Part shown: positions 52,788 to 64,000 of the stretch, one piece after another
Layout of the letters: the number at the start of each line of letters is the position of its first letter
How positions within the stretch are numbered: position 1 is the first letter of the stretch
DNA from: Octopus vulgaris
Lineage: Eukaryota
Assembly (NCBI GenBank): GCA_951406725.2
Contig: OX597821.1
Span: forward strand, 46,252,001-46,316,000
Reading direction: 5' to 3'
DNA length: 64,000 nucleotides
Translations under genes and position numbers: made by a program
The notes under the pieces: model-generated
The model's input: only the letters and a program-made list of their open reading frames with translations
What the model was told of the DNA's origin: nothing
The model's database searches: none

Positions 52788-55131
52788 TTAACTGTTGCTA
52801 TAGCATAGCCAATCTTGTCACAGGCTGAGCAAAACTGATTTTATTTTTTTCCATTCCTTGTTTATATTCTTTGCTGGCATAACAACTTGAGCTTCATTTT
52901 AGAACATTTGTGGAATGAATAATCCTTTACTTGAGGTGTGAGTAAGAGTTGTCAATGGGAAGAACATTCATTTAGTTAAAAAAATCCTGCCTTGAATAAG
53001 CCCTTGGTCAACTTGTGTTAGCATGGGAAAATGGATATTGAATGAGTGAATGAGTGAATGAGCATTTGTGTATTTATGTATGAACACGAAAATATATGTA
53101 TTTTTACTGCCAAAAACTATCTAAATTTTTGTTATATTCATAACGATTTTTTGCTGAAAAAAATCTGTCAGATCTTCATTTCCAGGACTTCATGAAAGGG
53201 AAAATTTTTTTGCTTAGCTAAAAAATTAAAATTAAGATTTTAACTGGGGAAAGTGAAACACAAATCCTGCCAGAGTCCACTATGCCTTTTGTCTTTTGAA
53301 GGTCAAAGTACCAGTCAAGTACTGAAAACAATGTTATCAACTGCGCCCCCTCATCTCAAAATTGCTGTCCATCTGCCAAAATTTTAAAAACCATTATTAT
53401 TATTGAACTGGCAGAATCATTAGCACTCTGGTCAAAATGGTTAGCAGTATTTCATCAGTCAAGGTCAACTTTGCCTTTGATCCCTTCAGGGTCGATAAAT
53501 TGAGTACCTGTGAAACATTGGGGATGATGTAATCAACTAGTCCCTTCCCCAAAACTTTCATATCTTGTGCCTTTAGTAGAAAGGATTAATAATATTATTA
53601 TTATTATTACCATCATCATATCATGCACTCAATAAAAATAAAGAACACAAATGATATTTATTTCGAATAACTGTTTTGCGAATAATTATTTCCATACAAT
53701 TGTTTTCAAACAATTTTCATGATACACCAGCAATACTTTCCTTTTTTTGTGATAGTTATTCTTTGACAATATTGTTAACAATTAAATGGTATTTTTTATA
53801 TCTTGCAAGATTTCTTAATATATTGTAAGACAGCATTAGCTTATATATCTTTCTCATATATAATTAAATAGCATTTGAATTAAATCTAATGATTTTAAGC
53901 AGTTATCAGATTTTTATAACTTAAAACAATTTATTTTCTGTATCCGTCTGTCTGTATTTGTCTCTCCCTTATACTCACACACATGCAAGAGGGAGGGAGA
54001 AAGTGATGGAATTAAAAAGTGGAAAAGAAGTACAATTCACTCAGTCAGCATAATAATTAGTTACGTATTTGACATTTCTAGGCATGTACTGTATGCATCG
54101 AGATGCCATATGCTAACTAGTTATTGTTGCAGATAGTATAAGAAATGAGTGGAGAGTGCCTACCCTTTGGAAGATTGGTATAAAACTAAAAATCCAGTGC
54201 AGATGCAAAAAGACATGATGAAAAATTTAAAAAGATACTGAGTTACAGATGTCACCAAGAAAGAAGTAAAACAAGCGTATATGTAGCCTTTTTGAGGCTG
54301 GTACTTACTGATGTCACTGACTTAGATGTAACTTACATTAGTGAAACAGATCTATATCATCCCTCAATTAAACTGAGATTATCTTATTATTAGTGTCATG
54401 TGTATATATGTATACACACACAATTACTGTTGAGTAATGCCTTCAAAGTGCATGTCTTTCAATTAATGCTTGATCGGAGTGTTTTATTGTTTTTAAAATA
54501 GTATTTAGACATAAATATACTTACTGTTTGCCTTTTTTAAAAAAGATAATATTTAGAATTAGATAAGTGGAACACAATACTAATGTGAGAGGGTAGATTA
54601 CAGAACACTTGTTTGCTCAGTAGCAACTCAGTAGATGTAACTTACAAAGATTAAAGTTACCACCTGAGAGGTAACTTAGAGGAAAACTAAAAGATTTCAT
54701 ATCAGAGTGAATGAATACAGTTAGAAAAGTTGTGGGCTTTTTTCTCTGAAAAAATTTCACCATTTCTCAACTATGAGCAAAAAAGGACATTTCAACTTTC
54801 TCAAGATACAAATATGGGGGTGAGGTAAATGATGTAAGAGGTGTGGATATTCCGTGCTTTCTGTTTGATACAATGATTATCTTATAGCACATTGATATGT
54901 AAAATTTTTTTAAAAAGCAGAAATATTATTGTAATACTGCCATGATAATACATGCTCATATTAATAAACATCAAAACAGAAATCGTGAGCATTTTTTTTT
55001 AATAAAGCCTCAATTGAAATAAAAAATCTATGTGTCTAAAATATTTAGTATCCCTATATTGTGTTTTACTTGCAATTAATATAATAATATTGGTGAATCT
55101 AAAAAAAGATAATCCATTTGTTATTTTCCAG

Positions 55132-55187
55132 GGCTGATGAAACTTTACAAGACTTAGTGTATAAATTGGTTCCTGGCCTTTACCGAA
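55132..55187 (+). CDS. BMI1: BMI1/PCGF-like exon
   Basis: Splice sites ttttccag|...|gtgagt, 56 nt. Translates (R)ADETLQDLVYKLVPGLYR(N) versus BMI1 SDKTLQDIVYKLVPGLFKN. Confidence 0.96.
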
Positions 55188-56826
55188 GTGAGTTTTCTGC
55201 ATATTTACTTTTCCCTTATTCAATTTACTCCTTTCTTCAAATATTCATCTATAGTGATGTCATGGGTAAATTCAGAGGATTTTCATAGCTAAATATTGAT
55301 TTTTTAATTTTTTTATTGTTGTAATACTGTTATTCATTTTCTTTTTGTTAGGGTATATTCTTCACAAAATGGTGATGTAATACCATTATTGCATAGTACT
55401 AGCCTTTAACTGTTTTCATAGTTTTGAACTTTGAAATGAACTTTGCCATCATTTTTTTTTTTTAATGCCAAACCTATGTCTGTCCATAACTGTATATATA
55501 TATGTACATATATTTGTGTTCGAGTATCTTTTGTCTTCACATTCCTTCTATTGTATTCTTTCTCCACCTCCTCTGCTCTTTTCTTTGTCTTTTTCTCTGT
55601 GTTCACTCTCTCTATTTCTTTCAGTCATGTTTCAGTCTATCCTTGCTCTCCCCTCCTCTACATGTACTTCCTTTTGTGATGAAGGATTGACTTAATGTAC
55701 AATGAATGAAAAATCTGTATTGCTCATCTTCTGATACCTGTCACATGACAACATTGCTCCATACTTCTCTTACATTTCCATTTATTGACACAATTACCAG
55801 ATTCAGTTGTTGGCAATCTTTTACATAAAACAATGGTTTTTTTTTTTCTTTTTATACAGAAGCTGTTATGTTAACATACTATGCTGCATAAATGTGTGTG
55901 TAGACGTATGTATGTGTAAATGTGTGTGTTTAGATGTAAATAGATAATATATATGTGGTGTGTAAATGTAAGTATATATTTATGTGGAAGTATGTGTATG
56001 TATAAATTGCTTTACAGATTTTTACCCAAACAGTATCTTCAATCTCACAGTATTCTTCATCAGAATATTGGGAAACTGGCTCCTTGATTTATGACATGGT
56101 GCATGTGGTGTGTGTGTGTGTGTGTAACACATACATATACATACACATGTACTTACATCTAGCTATATCTATACTCACATACAATCCAATGTTTATGGAG
56201 ATGAGAAATTAAATTTATTCTTTGTGCAACTTTCGTATTGACGTTATGAATAATATTTATATGCAAATGGGTTGTACAGTAGTAGAACCTAACAGCAAGA
56301 TAGTCTACTAACATAGAATTTGTGTATGTATGAGCTTATTTGTAAGGTTATGGATGACTAGTCTTTAAAGTATTTTGCAAGGAAGTAATGGTCCCCTCCT
56401 CTTAATTGTGTCAAAGATACTACATCTGCTTAATGACTCTCTCATCAAAACTTTGGTAAGAATGTTGTCAAATTTCACTGGAGGACTAATAAAACATGCC
56501 TTGAATTGTCATCCATATTTGGTTGAAATAATATTATCCATTTCATCATTGAACTAATGTTGTCACTTTCCTCCTAATATAAATATTTCTAATTAAAAAT
56601 TAAATTTTTTTTTATGTATTGATTTTAGTTTCATTTGTCACATTAGCCTATTTTAGGGGAAGTGGCATATTGGACAATCATGTCTTTCCCAATGGTATTC
56701 ACGATACAGTTAAAACGGCAAACTGACAGAATCAACATCAAAGTATCAGATGAAATGCCTTGCAGTTTCATTCTTGCTCTCTGTACTCTGAGTTCACATC
56801 TTGTCAGCTTTGCCTTTTTTCAGTTT

Positions 56827-57800
56827 CATCATCATCATCATAATCATCATTTAACGTCCTCGTTCCATGCTGGCATGGGTTGGACGGTTTGACAGGAGCT
56901 AGTCAGGCAGGAGCCTGCACCATACTTATGTGTCTGTTTTGGTGGGGCTTTTTATGGTTGGCTCCCCCTTTCTAATACCAACTACCAAGCAGAGCAGATT
57001 GCGTGCTTTTTATGTGGCACAAACACAGGCAAGGTCAGTTTTGGCATTGTTTTTACAGCTGGTGCCCTTTCAAACAACAACCACTTTACAGTGTAGACTG
57101 GATGGCGTTTTGAAGTGGCACCAATACTGGAAGGATCACCAAGCAACTTGTAAGACAAAGATCCTTTGAGAAGAGAAGGGAGCATTTGTGTCAGCTGATG
57201 AAAGGTTATAGTGAGACAGAGAGACAGAAACAGGTGTGTTGCTGTAGGAAAGAGAGAGAGAGAGAGAGAGAGAGAGTAGGAGACAGCAGGAGTGCAAGAG
57301 AGAGCAGGAAAGAGATGATGGCAAAATGCTGGGCATACTCACATTGGACAGGGATTGGAATACAAATAGGAAGGTCAAGTAGGAGAAGAGAGAGATACAT
57401 GGTGGCAAGTGTCAGGGCATTGCCAAAGAAGCGTGAGTAGAGTGTGGGCAGGAGGAATGCAGTGAGTGGTGAAGAACCTGGGTGTATAGAGGGGTTGGCT
57501 ACTGGCTAGCAATGATACAGTGAACATGGTTCTAAGTAGAGGATTGAGGAGTGAGAAATAAGCATAGTGCGTGAAGGAGGAGATGTGAGGAAGAGAAGAG
57601 ATGTAGTTTGGTTTGTTACAGTTGGATGTGTGAAAAGTCTTCTTGTTAGATGTGGGTGGAACACACAGCGATTCTGAAACTTAGTTTCTCTATGTGCAGG
57701 TCTTCTCAAGAACCTCATATGACCAGTCATCTCAATCCATTGTCATTCCCTCCATGAAGCCCAACATTCTAAGATTGGTCCTTACCACTTCAGTTATGCC
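56827..57800 (-). mobile_element. RTE-related 3' fragments
   Basis: (CAT)n-TTTAACGTCC..GTTCCATGCTGGCATGGGTTGGACGGTTTGAC, plus a decayed RTE C-terminal segment near 57700-57800. Confidence 0.55.
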
Positions 57801-57836
57801 TATAAATAAGATACTGGATCAGTACTTGGACTTATT

Positions 57837-57867
<31 letters not shown>

Positions 57868-58314
57868 ATTCAGAGCTCAGTTTTGTCACACGGTGTCACT
57901 CTGACTTGATCTGGGAATTACATTAAGAGTACACATGACTGTAGAATACTCAGTCGTTTATGCATTAATTTCAAGGGTAGGAAATCTGATGGTCAGGTCC
58001 AGCAGACTACCTATCACTAGTGATAAGGAAGTAAAGTGTTCTCAACAAAGGGTACAACAGTTGCATGGCTAATTCACTGCTAACCTGAGTTTTTTTTAGT
58101 ACTGCTTGTCAGCAAATTGAATTTATTAAATGAGAACTTGAGTAGTGGGTGTTTAATTGGGATCAAAGTATTTTCTTTGTTTTGTGTTACCATTTATACT
58201 ATGTTTCTCACTACAATCTTAAACCAAGCAAAAATGAATCATCCATTAATAGCTATATAATGTCAAATGGAAAAACATTCAGCAGCGAAAAATATAAACT
58301 GCTGTAAAACCAAT

Positions 58315-61300
58315 TGTAGGGAGTAGTAAGAACAGTACAGCGGGATGAATGGAATGAGTTGGTCACTATTTGTAAGGTGACATCAGCCAGTGTTGAGAGA
58401 GTACAAAGAGCATGTGTAGACCGTGTTGATAGTCGTGTCTGTGCTGATATAGTAATTATACTGTGATATTGAGTGGACGTTGTAATGATCCAACCCTTTG
58501 GGGATAATAACACTATATAACTGGGGGGGGTCATAAGTGCCAGATAAAAACATCTTATTGACAACTGGGAATATAACAGTATCTGTCAGAGCAACAGCTG
58601 TTGTATAAAGGTAGATTCAACAGTAGCAAAAGACCATTTCATAACAGTGGTGACAAGGATAAACCAATTCATGTGGAGTTAATAGAAACTCAAAGAGGAT
58701 TTAAACAACTCATGAGAAATTGATAAACTCAACGAGGATAAACCAATTCACTTGGAGCTAATAAACTTACAAAATTTGTTGTACAAATTTTTTTTAAAAT
58801 TGTAAGACTATGGAAAATTTGTTGGCAGGTTTGCTTAAATTGCAAAATCAGCAACAACATCTAAATGAACAACATATACAACTGCAAGAACAATAACAGA
58901 TGCAACATCAATTAATATTACAGCAGTAAGTGCTGCAATTACTGAAGTCCTCAGGAAAGCCAGAAAAAGTTTTCTCGCCAGACTATGTTGTGAAGTCAAT
59001 TACTAAATTTAAATATGAATCTGATGAAAGAGTTTGCTTTGAGACATACTACAGACGATATGAGCAAATCTTTCAGAAAGAATATAAAGACTGGGATGGT
59101 GAGATGAAAATGCACTTAATCTTGAAAACAGAACATGAACAATACAGTAATTATGTACTCCCAATAAAACCTCCAGAGATAAACTTTAATGATATAATAG
59201 ATATATTGTGTAAAAGTTTCAGTGAAAATAGTTCATTGTTTCAACACTCGTTGGAAGTGACTGAACATAGAGAAAAACAACAATGAGGATTACATCACAT
59301 ATGTTGGTAGAGTAAACAAGGAATGCAAGAAGTTTAAACTGGATGATTTAACTCCAGATATGTTCAAATGTCTGAATTTTACACAGGGACAACTGCCAAA
59401 AAGGATGCAGAAGTCAGAAGCAGAATTCTTGCAAAGCTGAAGCAAAGCCAGGATGTAACCCTGCAAAAAGTGTCTGAAGAATGTGAAAGGATACTTAAGA
59501 CACAAAACAGAGGAAATTGAATGTAGAGATTGTTTCCAAGTAAAACCAGTGTGGAATAATCTGAAGAGAGATAAAACACAACAAACATTGGGATATAAAC
59601 CCATTTTTTTTTGCATGTGGTGGTATGCACCTGAGGAAAAATTATCCATTTAAAAAAGTGAGTTTTCATTTTGGAAATATAGGACATATAAAGTCTCATT
59701 GTAGAATGAAGCTTATAAAATGTCAGAAAAAGGTATGTCATTGGAAGAATTTAAAGCTGAGAAAATTCGTAAAGGTGAAAATCAGAAATACAACTGTTGA
59801 AATGCAGTTGGACTCAGGTAGTGACATTACTATTATAAACGCAAAAAATGTGGAAATATGCTGGTAAGCTGAATTTAATTAAATCTAAAATGGTAGCACA
59901 TGGTGTTACAGGAAAAAAATTATATTTTTTCGGTGAATTTGAATGCAATGTAACTTTTCGAGGCGAAATGATGAAAGTAAAGATTTATGTGTTGAAAGAT
60001 TCCCTTAACTTATTCGGTAGAGAATGGATGGAACTATTTAAATTGCGGAATGCACTCATAAGCTTTCTGTGTGGAAATGTATTTGGGTCAGTCAAATGTT
60101 CAAAAGAGGCCAAAAGACTGAGGCAAAAATTTTTTTTAATTATTTCCAGATGTTTTTTTGGAAGAACTGAGTTGCTGCACAAAAACAAAAGCTAAGATCA
60201 CAGTAAAACAAGGTACAACACCGGTCTTTAGGCCCAAACAGAATGTGCCATTTATGGAAATAGACCGGGTTAACAAAGAACATAGATCGGGTTAACAAAT
60301 AACAAACTATGAGCCTATGCAGACTTTTTGCCCAATCTGGAAGAAGTGTTTGCAAAATTAAATAGAGGGAAATTCTTCTCTAAATTAGACCTCCCAGAGG
60401 CATATCTACAAATACAAGTAGTGGAAGAATGCACACATTTGTTAACAATCAACACACACCATTTAAATGGCTTCCCTTCAGAATAAAAGTGGTTCCTGCC
60501 ATATTTTAGCAAATGATGGATGCAATGCTGAGTGATTGTGATTTCGTTTTTGCCTGTCAGGATGATATTTTGATAAAGAGTGAGTCACAGGAGCAACACT
60601 TAAAACATATTAAAAGAGTATTCAAGAAAATAAGCAAATATGGGTTCAGATTAATGGAAGTAAAGTGTGAACTCTTGCTGGAAAAAAAAAAACAACTTTA
60701 AGACAAGTAATTGATGACCATGGTACGCCATTTTTGTCTAGCAAATTTAAAAAATTTTGTCAAATGTTCACAGTGGAACATAACTACAGTATCATACCAT
60801 CTCAGATCTAATGGACAGGCAGAACGCTTTGTTGATACCTTCAAAAGAGCTTTAAGAAAAGCAAATAAGGAAAGCACGGATGCGGTAGGTCTTCAACAAT
60901 TTCTAAGAGTGTACCGTGTAACACCAAATCTGAATACACCAGCAGGTTGCTCACTGGTGGAGCTGATGTTTGCAAGGAAAACAAAGTCAGTTTTTGATAA
61001 ATTTTTACCTGGAAAGAAAAGAAAAAGTGCCAGGGACGACATAGCAAGATTTTTTTGAAGTTGGTGATAAAGTGTATATGAGGACATGCAAAAATGAAAA
61101 GCAGAACTAGGAAGAGTGCAAAATTACCAAATATATAAGTAAAATGACATATTTGGTAAAAAGTAGAAAAGACATACAAAAGAGACACAGGAACCAACTG
61201 TAAAAGAGATTTATGGAAAGTGAGCCAAAGAAGTTGGAGGAACTGACAGAATGGTTGTACGATATGTTCCAAGTACCAACGCCACTGCAGGTGATTGAAC

Positions 61301-61808
61301 CCAGGCGTAATAGTGAAAAGAAAAGTAAACTTACAGAGTTCTGAAAATAGATGCCAAGAGAAAAAATATTAAATTGTTCAGGGTGAAAAAACAATTCCGA
61401 AAAGGGAGGTAGGGTGAATAGAAATATTATTGCTAAATAAAATGACACTTCCTAAGAAAAACTTAGAAGGGGAGATGTAGGGAATTAGTAATAATGGTAC
61501 ACTCCTCCCACGTGACAAGTGGAATGAGTCGGTCACTATAAGTAAGGTAACGTCAACCAGTATCGAGAGAGTACAGAGAGTATGTGTAGACCGTGTTGAT
61601 ACTCATGTCTGTGCCGATATAGTAATTATACTGTAATACTGAGTGGACATTGTAATGATTTTGAGGATAATAACACTATACAACTGGGGGTCATACAGTG
61701 CCAGATAGAACCATACTTTTGATGACTTCAGAATATAACAATATCTGTTAGAGCAACAACCATCATACAAAGACAGATACAACAGTGGCAAAAGGCCGCT
61801 TTATAATA
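58315..61808 (+). mobile_element. Gypsy/Ty3 (Mag-like, K02A2.6-type) LTR retrotransposon, decayed, both LTRs present, in BMI1 intron
   Basis: LTRs at 58315-58646 and 61476-61808 (TGTAGGGA...ATAA[C/T]A), PBS TGGTGACAAGGA at 58648, PPT AGAAGGGGAGA at 61465-61475, TSD CCAAT/CCAAC. Remnants are gag FETYYRRYEQIF, protease QLDSGSDITII, RT FSKLDLPEAYLQI...ACQDDILI and integrase SNGQAERFVDTFKRAL. There are many stops and frameshifts. Confidence 0.93.
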
Positions 61809-62439
61809 CCAACATTAATTATCACTTACTAAAAACTTTCAAAAGTTATTACCAAAAGTAATGCAAACATAGGCATAACTTTTCCATTAACTGACATAAA
61901 TTGTTTAAGTGGAGAAGAAGTGTGACACCTTTCTATGGAGTGAACCATCATTTCTGGATCATGAAGATACGGTCACTTTTCACTCTCTGTGACCAAATCA
62001 GAAAAATTGTCCTCATTTGCTTCAAGTGCTATCAACAGATTAGAGCAGGCTTCCACCTTTCTTTTCTTCAAATCGGGTGTCAGCCGTTGAGGTACACACA
62101 TTCCAACAAAGCTTTTCATTATCTGCTGTAATATACTATGACCACAGTCAAGCTATGCGGCAAGCTCAGTCAAAGTATGTGATTGAGTGCATTTTTTTTT
62201 TCAATTTCAGCATAGTTTTGATGCCGTCTTTAATCTTTTTGATATCAAATTTTGCTGAGTGATTTAAGATTTTAGTTAAAATGGACTTAACTTATCAAAA
62301 GTTAGTTCTGTTTCATAAAGAGAGACAGAGAGCTTCTGCAAGCATAATTCTGATTCCAAGTTTAACTTGTTGCTTCATTTTACATATGTTACTGATGACC
62401 TTTTGGGAAAAGCTTCAGCATCACATCATCCCATACCTA

Positions 62440-62670
62440 TTTCTTTATTATCCACAAGGGGCTAAACATAGAGGGGACAAACAAGGACAGACATAGGTAT
62501 TAAGTCAATTACATCGATCCCAGTGTGTAACTGGTACTTAATTTATCGACCCCGAAAGGATGAAAGGCAAAGTCGACCTCAGCGGAATTGGAACTCACAA
62601 CGTTGCGCCTGATGAAATACCGCTAAGCATTTCGCCTGGCGTGCTAACGGTTCTGCCAGCTCGCCGCCTT
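62440..62670 (-). mobile_element. Relatively intact copy of the second SINE family
   Basis: GGTACTTAATTTATCGACCCCGAAAGGATGAAAGGCAAAGTCGACCTC...GCGTGCTAACGGTTCTGCCAGCTCGCCGCC; the tRNA-like head is on the minus strand. Confidence 0.8.
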
Positions 62671-62799
62671 ACTTTACATCATCCCATACCTGCTATTTAT
62701 AGATTATATATAGGCTTCTTGCCTTGTAAAAATGAAATCCTCATTCTTTATCCATTTATTTGCTATATTCATCTGCAACTTTTTGTTTCTACATTTCAG

Positions 62800-62841
62800 A
62801 TGAGATGAAACGTCGTCGAGATTTCTATGCCAGCCACAAAG
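62800..62841 (+). CDS. BMI1: BMI1/PCGF-like exon
   Basis: Splice sites atttcag|...|gtatga, 42 nt. Translates (N)EMKRRRDFYASHK versus BMI1 NEMKRRRDFYAAHP. Confidence 0.95.
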
Positions 62842-63283
62842 GTATGATTTTCATTTTCATATTTATTCGTGTTAACATAAATGGTTAAAGTGGTATGTTT
62901 GTAGAACTAGTAGTAGAAAGACAAATTACATACTTTACAATTTTATTTTTACTACCAAATTCATTCAGAGACAAACAATTTTGCCTTTAATCAATCTAAC
63001 TCCATAGTTAAAATGACTACCAGTGATATACTGAAGTCAGATTTGACTCTACCTACTATTACTATTGTATTACAGTTAGCAATCTACAAGTACATTGACC
63101 CAAGCTGCCAAATATTGTCTTAATCCAAGACATGCTGTGGGTGTGTAGGAATCCTAAACTGCTGTGCAAGTTTCTGTCAATTCCTCTGATAATGACTGTA
63201 TTTAAGAATCTACACTTATGGGTGGGTTGTGGGGGTTATTTGTTAATAATCAACTGCATCTGTATGGTTTTTAGTACATTTAG

Positions 63284-63392
63284 GCAATCACACAGCACAG
63301 ACTCCAGGTGAAGATAGAGGTGATGAAGCAATTGAACGTCTCATTTACACTGAAGATGAGAGGGTTAGTCTTTCACTGGAACTTCTCACTGG
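63284..63392 (+). CDS. BMI1: BMI1/PCGF-like exon (start of RAWUL/ubiquitin-like region); alternative in-frame acceptor at 63275
   Basis: Splice sites ttag|...|gtaagt. Translates (G)NHTAQTPGEDRGDEAIERLIYTEDERVSLSLELLT(G) versus BMI1 [30 protein letters not shown]. The gene continues beyond the window. Confidence 0.9.
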
Positions 63393-64000
63393 GTAAGTAC
63401 TTAATGTTTTACTTATAAGTTTTCTCAGTTTTACATTCAGTGTTGTTTTTCGTTTCTTTTCTTTTCTTTTTGTTGTGTGTGTGTTGAAACAGTTTAGATT
63501 CTATATTTTATTTAACTCTAATACCATCAGAACGAGTATGCAAATGCACAAATGACACTGCTTTATTCTTTGTTCCTTGCACCTGTGATATCTATCCCAG
63601 GTGAGAAACTCATACTTTTATAACGGATCAACAAATTCTAACAAATAATTAAATGTTACTTCATGTATTGAGTGTTTGTCTTTCATTTGTCCATATGTAT
63701 GTGTAAAAATGAGGCTACACTGCAAAGAAAAGAAAGAAGAAACTTTGAAATGTTGAAATTATGTGTAAATAAGATCTACACCAAGTATAATCAACAGAAA
63801 AGTCAGCTCTTGAAGGGATGATACATGGTCAAAATGAATATTAAGAATGTGAAGCAGCTCAATCAGTTATTTTCACTGAGATGCTGAAAATTTAGTGAAG
63901 TAGTCCTCAAGAAACTCACTCACATAGTAAGCCAGGTAATACAGAAAAGCTCCAACCCTAGTGACATGCATAGCTGTATAATCATCAGCTGCCACAAGTA

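Overview
This is AT-rich, microsatellite-saturated eukaryotic DNA whose SINE, LINE and (TA)n repeat landscape is typical of an Octopus (coleoid cephalopod) genome. The taxon is inferred from repeat families only. Almost all ORFs in the supplied track are microsatellite artefacts. The one host gene is a + strand BMI1/PCGF2/4-type Polycomb RING-finger gene, with five coding exons at 46.4-63.4 kb. Its start codon lies on an unidentified upstream exon and its 3' exons are beyond the window. The rest is decayed mobile DNA: Penelope-like elements (PLEs), tRNA-derived SINEs, RTE/CR1/CRE-like LINE pieces, Helitrons, Tc1/mariner, Chapaev3, piggyBac, Merlin-like elements, and a Gypsy LTR element with both LTRs. 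The main hidden signal is a set of at least five unrelated type-I hammerhead ribozyme motifs in PLE-like termini next to (TA)n tracts. One looks intact (14375-14437, -). Another has a compensatory G3-C8 swap of the near-invariant C3-G8 core pair (24580-24629, -). Other oddities are a MITE with a perfect 15-bp flanking duplication, a Merlin-like foldback element, a ~210-bp near-perfect palindrome, a piggyBac/MITE parent-child pair, and a 51-bp inverted templated insertion.
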